A program made the translations under genes and the position numbers. DNA of 64,000 bases. Origin: Methanobacteriota archaeon (GTDB taxonomy: Archaea; Thermoplasmatota; SW-10-69-26; JACQPN01). Within the stretch, counting starts at the first letter, position 1; the number at the start of each line of letters is the position of its first letter. A model generated the notes under the pieces. It was not told the DNA's origin. It worked only from the letters and a program-made list of their open reading frames with translations, and made no database searches. The stretch lies in the NCBI GenBank assembly GCA_016207515.1, contig JACQPN010000022.1:129549-193548 (forward strand). The letters run 5' to 3'. Positions 55,521 to 64,000 of the stretch are shown piece by piece.

Positions 55521-55596
55521 GGGGCGACAGCGACCAATTCGTCGAGGACCCGCGAGGCCGCTCCCGTGCCAAGCGCTTCCCCCGGGGCCGGCCCGA

Positions 55597-56088
55597 TCAT
55601 TTCTCGGGCTGGTTCCTTTTTCGCAAGACGTCAAGAGAGCGCGCGAAAGACCGGTCGCGCAGCTCGCGTGTGCGTCGCTCGGCAAGTATTGCGCGCACGA
55701 CCTCCATGATCTGGTTCGGGTCGATGGGTTTCGTGAAGAAATTCTCGATCCCCGCGTCGTTGATCGCCTTTATCGCGATGTCGAGATCCGGGAACGCCGT
55801 CACGAGAACGCGCGGGACCCCTGGTGCGAGCTCCTTGGCCTTCCCGAGGAACTCCAACCCGTTCATGCCGGGCATCTTGTAATCGGCGACGATGAGGTCG
55901 ATGGCGTGCGCGCGAAGGATCTCCAAGCCGCGGGCCCCCGATTCCGCCGTGTATATCTCGGCATTGTCAAGCGATGCCGAAAAAAGGTCGCTAAGGGACT
56001 CCAGGATGTCTACTTCGTCGTCTACGATGAGGACTCCGTGCGGTCTCAGGGCCGTCATGTCGTCGGTCTCGCGCGCGGACTTTGCCAT
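55597..56088 (-). CDS. response regulator receiver (CheY-like) with a short basic C-terminal tail
   Basis: VLIVDDEVDILESL...DLIVADYKMPGMNGLEF...VLVTAF...KP: receiver D/D/T/K constellation; start ATG 56088 chosen within ORF 55597..56205. Confidence 0.75.
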   Translation of the reverse strand: MAKSARETDDMTALRPHGVLIVDDEVDILESLSDLFSASLDNAEIYTAESGARGLEILRAHAIDLIVADYKMPGMNGLEFLGKAKELAPGVPRVLVTAFPDLDIAIKAINDAGIENFFTKPIDPNQIMEVVRAILAERRTRELRDRSFARSLDVLRKRNQPEK

Positions 56089-56207
56089 CGGGAAAAAACA
56101 CGACCTACCATCCCCTCGTACACCCTTGCCTCGGCCATAACTGTTTTGCTTCGTAGCCCCCAAAGCGCGTCGAAACGGCGGGGCCTCGAGGGCCCGGGGG
56201 CCCAAGG

Positions 56208-56241
56208 GTCAAATAGTTCCTCGATCGAGGAGTAAATAAGG
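56208..56241. promoter_or_regulatory. 12-bp perfect palindrome CCTCGATCGAGG flanked by two TATA-like boxes (GTCAAATAGTT, AGTAAATAAGG) in the divergent spacer
   Basis: Seen directly at 56219-56230; located between the receiver gene (minus) and 56259 (plus). Confidence 0.35.
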
Positions 56242-56258
56242 GGCGAACGCAACCGGAC

Positions 56259-56696
56259 GTGGGGAAAGAATTGGCACGCGATGCGACGCACCTCATTGAA
56301 AGCCTCGTTCTTGACGTCTGCGACATCCTTGGAGAAAGCGCCTCGTACACGATGTTCCACCATGGGGCCGTCGAGGAAGGCCGGCGGCTCGCAAAGCGCC
56401 ACGAGGGCGAAGGCCTTGAGCCGGTGCTCCAAGAGGTCCAAGACATGCTTAGCCGCCCGTGCCAAGTCGTCCGCGACGATGGCGACACGTTTGTCGTGCG
56501 TATCGATTCGCCCGACTTTGACCACATCGAGCGAAGGGCCCTTCAGGGGGTCCTTGCCGGCCTCTTCGAAGGTGCCGTCGGGGGAGCGAGGAACAAGGTC
56601 TACACGGGAAGAATCGAGCCCGGCTCTGCCTCCGGCGCCCGCTTTCTCACGATTGAACTCCGAGCCGAGAATGACATTGAGCAACAAGTCCCCTGA
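56259..56696 (+). CDS. hypothetical protein (possibly V4R/COG1719-like small ligand-binding domain), GTG start
   Basis: 145 aa with globular composition; weak resemblance only. Confidence 0.4.
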   Translation: MGKELARDATHLIESLVLDVCDILGESASYTMFHHGAVEEGRRLAKRHEGEGLEPVLQEVQDMLSRPCQVVRDDGDTFVVRIDSPDFDHIERRALQGVLAGLFEGAVGGARNKVYTGRIEPGSASGARFLTIELRAENDIEQQVP

Positions 56697-56741
56697 TGGG
56701 ACGCGGGGCAGACATCCGCGCCTTTTTGGCGGGGTCCGCGC

Positions 56742-57026
56742 CTAAATGATCTTGGATTGGACCAAATCAATCCGTTTCAATTCGGACACGGAACGGTCGA
56801 GCATCACTTCGTTACGCCTGATGCCATAGACCATGTTCATCGGGACCGTCACGACGGCCTCGTTAGCGCCGAGTTTGCCTTTCGCATCGGCGCTAAGCCC
56901 GATCACGAGGCTTTTCACTGTCCTTGTCGACGGGTCCACCTCTGTGGAGACAATCCGCCCGACTTCCTCGTTGTTCCAATCCTTCACGACCCGCGCGTCA
57001 AACCCGAAATCGATTGCCTTCGACAC
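56742..57026 (-). CDS. PRC-barrel domain protein
   Basis: 94 aa; VVKDWNNEEVGRIVSTEVDPSTRTVKSLVI...VPMNMVYGIRRNEVMLDRS is typical of archaeal PRC barrels. Confidence 0.65.
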   Translation of the reverse strand: MSKAIDFGFDARVVKDWNNEEVGRIVSTEVDPSTRTVKSLVIGLSADAKGKLGANEAVVTVPMNMVYGIRRNEVMLDRSVSELKRIDLVQSKII

Positions 57027-57102
57027 GTCTACACCACCCGAAAAACTACAAAGGATTGGGTAGTAGTTGGGCGGTCATCCGTCTTATAGGTTTTCCGCGA
57101 TG

Positions 57103-57534
57103 TTATATAAGGCGCGCCGTCGCCGCTCCGGCCTTTTTAAGGCCTCCTTTTATCATCAATTGCCTATAGAGGCTCCCGACGGTTCGACGGTCGATGCGTC
57201 TCCCAGCGTGCCGGTGCGGGACTATCGCCCCGGAAAACGTCCGCGGAATGTGGAGAAGCTCGTGGATGATAGTCTGATCCTTCTCCTCCTGGGGCAGCGA
57301 ATCGAATTTTTCGGAAAGGAACTCGATGACGTAGGCCGGCGGCAACGCGAACGCGATCTGTTGGATCTTCGGAAGAGCATAAATACGGGCATAGATCCGG
57401 GCCTTCGAACCCGTCGACCTCATGCAGAAGATCCGGACCGGGTCCACGTGCCCGAGCTCCAAGCCGAGCAAGATTTCCTCGAGGCGGGCGTGGATGTCCG
57501 GCGCTGGTTCGAATCGGAGTCCCATCGACGCCAA
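57103..57534 (-). CDS. putative zinc metallopeptidase (HExxH; IIHELLH), SprT/WLM-like
   Basis: 143 aa; single HELLH motif with a downstream His. Confidence 0.5.
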   Translation of the reverse strand: MASMGLRFEPAPDIHARLEEILLGLELGHVDPVRIFCMRSTGSKARIYARIYALPKIQQIAFALPPAYVIEFLSEKFDSLPQEEKDQTIIHELLHIPRTFSGAIVPHRHAGRRIDRRTVGSLYRQLMIKGGLKKAGAATARLI

Positions 57535-57583
57535 GACGAGGATACGGCGTATTCAGGCTTCCGAAGAGGGATCGGCCCACCAA

Positions 57584-57594
57584 GTCTATATTCC
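57584..57594. promoter_or_regulatory. TATA-like GTCTATATTCC (GGAATATAGAC on the minus strand) in the 74-nt divergent spacer between the peptidase and the ArsR gene
   Basis: Seen directly; about 20 nt from the ArsR ATG. Confidence 0.3.
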
Positions 57595-57608
57595 AGGAAG
57601 TCGGAACC

Positions 57609-58220
57609 ATGGATGTGGACGAAGGCAAGATAACGCTCGACGCGCAAGCCTTCAAAGCACTCGCGAGCGACACCCGCCTCCAAGTGATGAAGCTCCTCGA
57701 CCGGCGGCCAATGACCGTCTCGGAGCTTTCGAGGGAGACGGCTCTCAACAAAGCGACCCTCCTCGAACACCTCGAAAAACTCGCGGCCGCGAGCCTCGCC
57801 GAACGCCTCGAAGATGAACGGAAATGGGTCTACTACCAGCTGACTTGGCGGGGAAAACGTATCCTCCACCCAGAAAAGATCACCATCGCACTCATGCTTT
57901 CCACCGGCACGGCCACCCTTGCAACGGCTCTCCTTTCCCTGTGGCTCTACTTCGCGCAGGCCGCCAGCAGGATCCCCGGTGAAGACGAAGCTGCGTCCCC
58001 GCCGGCCTCGGCGCCTGAGACGCAAGACACCGGCGCATCATCGTCGGGCGCGGGCACGCAACAGGACCTCGCAGGCCGGTCGGGCGACACTGCGTCCCAA
58101 GGCGCTCCAGCGACCGACGCAACGCTCCTCTACCTCGCGACCGCGCTCCTTGTGCTTTTCGCGTTGATCCTGGCGCTCGGGTATTGGCAGTTGAAGAAAG
58201 ACCGAAACAAGAACGTGTGA
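57609..58220 (+). CDS. ArsR-family HTH transcription regulator fused to a C-terminal membrane anchor (2 TM) through an acidic/Ser-rich linker
   Basis: LASDTRLQVMKLLDRRPMTVSELSRETALNKATLLEHLEKL (ArsR HTH); then hydrophobic ALMLSTGTATLATALLSLWLY and ATALLVLFALILALGYW. Confidence 0.75.
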   Translation: MDVDEGKITLDAQAFKALASDTRLQVMKLLDRRPMTVSELSRETALNKATLLEHLEKLAAASLAERLEDERKWVYYQLTWRGKRILHPEKITIALMLSTGTATLATALLSLWLYFAQAASRIPGEDEAASPPASAPETQDTGASSSGAGTQQDLAGRSGDTASQGAPATDATLLYLATALLVLFALILALGYWQLKKDRNKNV

Positions 58221-58235
58221 CGCCTACGATCCGCA

Positions 58236-58937
58236 TCATCGTTCGACGTCGAACACGTGCACTCCTGTAGAAAGCGTCTCCACCTCTTGCGGTGTCAAGG
58301 CCCGGCGCTCGCTCTTCTCGGAGACGATGTCCGAGTTCCCGAACGGGTCGTCGAGGATTATCTCGAACGTAAACTCGCCCGCGCGCGCCATGAGGATCCG
58401 CTCCATGAGTTCTGCCGCTTTTTGGCGCTGAGCCTCGTGGTCCGCGAGCACAAGGACGCGCTTCAGGATGTCCTCGACGCGCGCAAGGATCCCGTCCACG
58501 TTCGAGACGAAGGACTCCGAAATCGACGTCGGCTCGATTGTCACACCGAGGCCCGGCACGTGGATGGTCGCGCTGTTCGCGCGCACCACCCGGACTGCGA
58601 GGTCGTCGGTCTCGGAGAGCCTGAACGACGTCCGCGTCGGTGCTCCCTGGTGCATTATCACCGACGTCGTGTGACGGAACCCGCAATGCTCGCACTTCAG
58701 GACCGTGTAAAGGACCTCACCGAAGTAGGGCTCGTCCACGAGATCCGAGCGCATATCGATGCCGGGCCGAGCGCAACCCGGGCAATCGGCGTTGACCTTC
58801 ATCGGGTGGGACACGATGACGCGAATCACGCGGTGCCAATAATACTTGTCCCGCAGCGTTTCAAGGAAAGTTGCATCATGACGGTTTGCGCAAAGGTCGA
58901 TGAGAAGCGAGTGACCTCCTTTCCTTCGGAACCTCAT
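58236..58937 (-). CDS. ZPR1-type zinc-finger protein; the true start may be the internal ATG at 58802
   Basis: CPGC ... CEHCG zinc finger followed by a ZPR1-like A domain; the first 45 aa of the listed ORF overlap a repeated non-coding element. Confidence 0.6.
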   Translation of the reverse strand: MRFRRKGGHSLLIDLCANRHDATFLETLRDKYYWHRVIRVIVSHPMKVNADCPGCARPGIDMRSDLVDEPYFGEVLYTVLKCEHCGFRHTTSVIMHQGAPTRTSFRLSETDDLAVRVVRANSATIHVPGLGVTIEPTSISESFVSNVDGILARVEDILKRVLVLADHEAQRQKAAELMERILMARAGEFTFEIILDDPFGNSDIVSEKSERRALTPQEVETLSTGVHVFDVER

Positions 58938-58956
58938 TCACCCTGAGCGGTTGGAG

Positions 58957-59137
58957 GGAAAATGAGATGAAATGGGTGGTTGCCAGGGACCTTTTCACCG
59001 TAGCGCACCTTCGGTGCGCTCGGCCAGGCGCAAGCCACGCTTGCGCCGTGGCCAAAAGGTCCACCAAAAGGTCGCCGCCTTCGGAACCTGCGGCTCTTCG
59101 GTCACCATGGCATGAAGATGAAATGGGTGGTTGACAG
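58957..59137 (-). repeat. two copies of a ~58-nt imperfect direct repeat (CAACCACCCATTTCATCT...AGGTTCCGAAGG) bracketing two GC hairpins and CCTTTTGG tracts; region 3' of the 5S rRNA
   Basis: Copies at about 58957-59015 and 59080-59137 on the minus strand; hairpins GCGCACC-TTCG-GGTGCGC and GGCCAGGCGCAAGC...GCTTGCGCCGTGGCC. Confidence 0.5.
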
Positions 59138-59244
59138 CGTAGCGGGCTAACATCCGACGTCAAAACGCCCTGGTTTACCGCATATGCAGGAGTTGCCCCC
59201 TGCATACTTGGCTCCAGAACTAGCCGGCATAGCGAGCCGGTCTT

Positions 59245-59368
59245 GCGACCGGTGACCTTCCCGGGGACTCGCGTACCCCAGTACAGGCGACTACACGGGT
59301 GGGCTTAACTGCCGGGTTCGGAATGAGACCGGGTGAACCCCACCGCCATGACCGTCATACCACCCACC
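59245..59368 (-). rRNA. rrf: 5S rRNA (ends approximate)
   Basis: Minus strand carries CCCGGTCTCATTCCGAACCCGGCAGTTAAGCCCACC and GGGGTACGCGAGTCCCCGGGAAGG, matching the archaeal 5S loop B/C region. Confidence 0.6.
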
Positions 59369-59611
59369 CCAAAGTAAGTCTCGAGCCCGACGGCCCGAGC
59401 GATCCACGATCACCGGCAATCCCGATGTGTGGATCATTTGGAATGAGTGACATCTCTTCGATGACTTCGCTTGCGCTCCGTCATCTCGCCCTCGCCGACT
59501 TGGAGTCGGCGAGGATGCCACTCGTTTGATTGCATACGCAATTCATCGGACCTCGACATGGATCCGACTACTAACCCGTTTGACGACCCCTTGCGGAGCC
59601 ATCTGATTGAG

Positions 59612-62558
<2,947 letters not shown>

Positions 62559-62835
62559 TGTCGACTCAATTTGCGTCCAGGTTGCGTATGCACAGACCAT
62601 CATCACGCCTCTCGGCGCTAGGCCATCTTCCCCGGGGAATTCCATCTTCCGCGGGTGCACGTGTTCAATCGGTAAACCCCGCGCGGTTGCCCGCGAGGGC
62701 GATTGAGAGTGAAGGATCGACGAGCCTCGTCGGCTCGCACATCGCTCGTGCCATGGAAGGCACTTCGCGATGTGCTCGGATTTCGCGCAATCGGCCCATG
62801 CCGATCGCGCTCATCCATTTTCGCCCGTGCGAAAA

Positions 62836-62907
62836 TGGACTCGGCGGGATTCGAACCCGCGGCCCCTCGCTTGCAAAGCGAGTGATCTACCGCTGATCTA
62901 CGAGCCC
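62836..62907 (-). tRNA. tRNA-Ala (anticodon UGC) in the 16S-23S spacer; CCA not encoded; followed by a T4 run
   Basis: Minus strand GGGCTCGTAGATCAGCGGTAGATCACTCGCTTTGCAAGCGAGGGGCCGCGGGTTCGAATCCCGCCGAGTCCA folds into a canonical cloverleaf (G3-U70 pair). Confidence 0.85.
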
Positions 62908-63343
62908 GAATTCGCGCTTCGCGCGGACTCGGGCTCGGAGACGAGAGGACGAGCCACTTCAGCGTGGCGAAGTCCTCGAAGTCTACGAGCCCTGCGCGGC
63001 GTCAGCCGCGCTTGGTGGGCGCGCAAGCAGCGAAGGGGTTCTCGAATCCCCATCATCCGTATCAATCTTGTCAAGAGGAAACCAATTCTCGTTGCTGTTG
63101 AAACACGCCTCGCGCCTTGGAAGGCGCTTCGTCGTGTTCCAAGACTCAATGGACTCGGCCCATGCCTCGTCCATTTCGTCCACGCTTCGCGTGGATTTAG
63201 GTGCTCGAAAGCCCCGCGCAATGCACTTTTCGAGTAGTGCGCAGGTTGGACTGAGATTCCTCCGAGGAAATCATCGGAGGAAAATTTTGCCACTCCGGCG
63301 CACGCGTGACGTACGTCGACGCACACGCCGGAGTTTGGCGCTT

Positions 63344-64000
<657 letters not shown>

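Noticed and set aside
62559-63343. Possible extra genes in the 16S-23S spacer (ORFs 62288..62896, 62770..63237)
   Set aside because: These lie on rRNA operon spacer containing tRNA-Ala and processing stems. Such ORFs over rDNA are spurious.

Overview
This is a 64-kb, roughly 65% GC segment of an archaeal (euryarchaeal-type) chromosome. Gene density is high and ATGA/GTGA start-stop overlaps and TTG/GTG starts are frequent.

The left third is housekeeping. It carries the Kae1 C-terminus and Bud32 of KEOPS, a Ham1 ITPase, SRP54, and glycerol-1-phosphate dehydrogenase EgsA. It also holds UPF0179, a long-type FKBP and NADP-malic enzyme.

These are interleaved with a large accessory cell-surface region:
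- a small wHTH regulator plus two Gly-rich secreted proteins, one with a PEP/PGF-CTERM-like anchor
- a 1652-aa S-layer-like glycoprotein operon
- a cluster of small secreted Cys-rich proteins, including a PKD plus clan-CD-like peptidase
- a tandemly duplicated three-gene cassette of sequon-rich secreted proteins (28.07-31.57 kb)
- formate dehydrogenase alpha plus MscL
- a Tad/Fla-like type IV pilus locus with a split FlaJ platform, a FlaI ATPase, a pilin-like protein and a 1375-aa pilin-like adhesin with internal repeats

The right third carries an NhaP-type antiporter and a GT-A glycosyltransferase. Next comes an unusual Roadblock/LC7 - [P-loop-less KaiC-like::MglA-like GTPase fusion] - KaiC-like module. 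It sits beside two PAS histidine kinases, a 7-TM protein and a receiver. After these come a PRC-barrel protein, an HExxH peptidase, an ArsR regulator and ZPR1. The window ends with the 3' part of an rRNA operon on the minus strand: 16S (partial) - tRNA-Ala(UGC) - 23S - 5S.

No CRISPR array, transposase or integrase was recognised. CDS coordinates follow the supplied ORF track. Starts were re-picked where a signal peptide, a domain boundary, a TATA-like box or an SD suggested a different start. The anti-SD is CCUCC, because the 16S 3' end reads GGATCACCTCCT. All functional calls come from motif recognition by eye, not from database searches.
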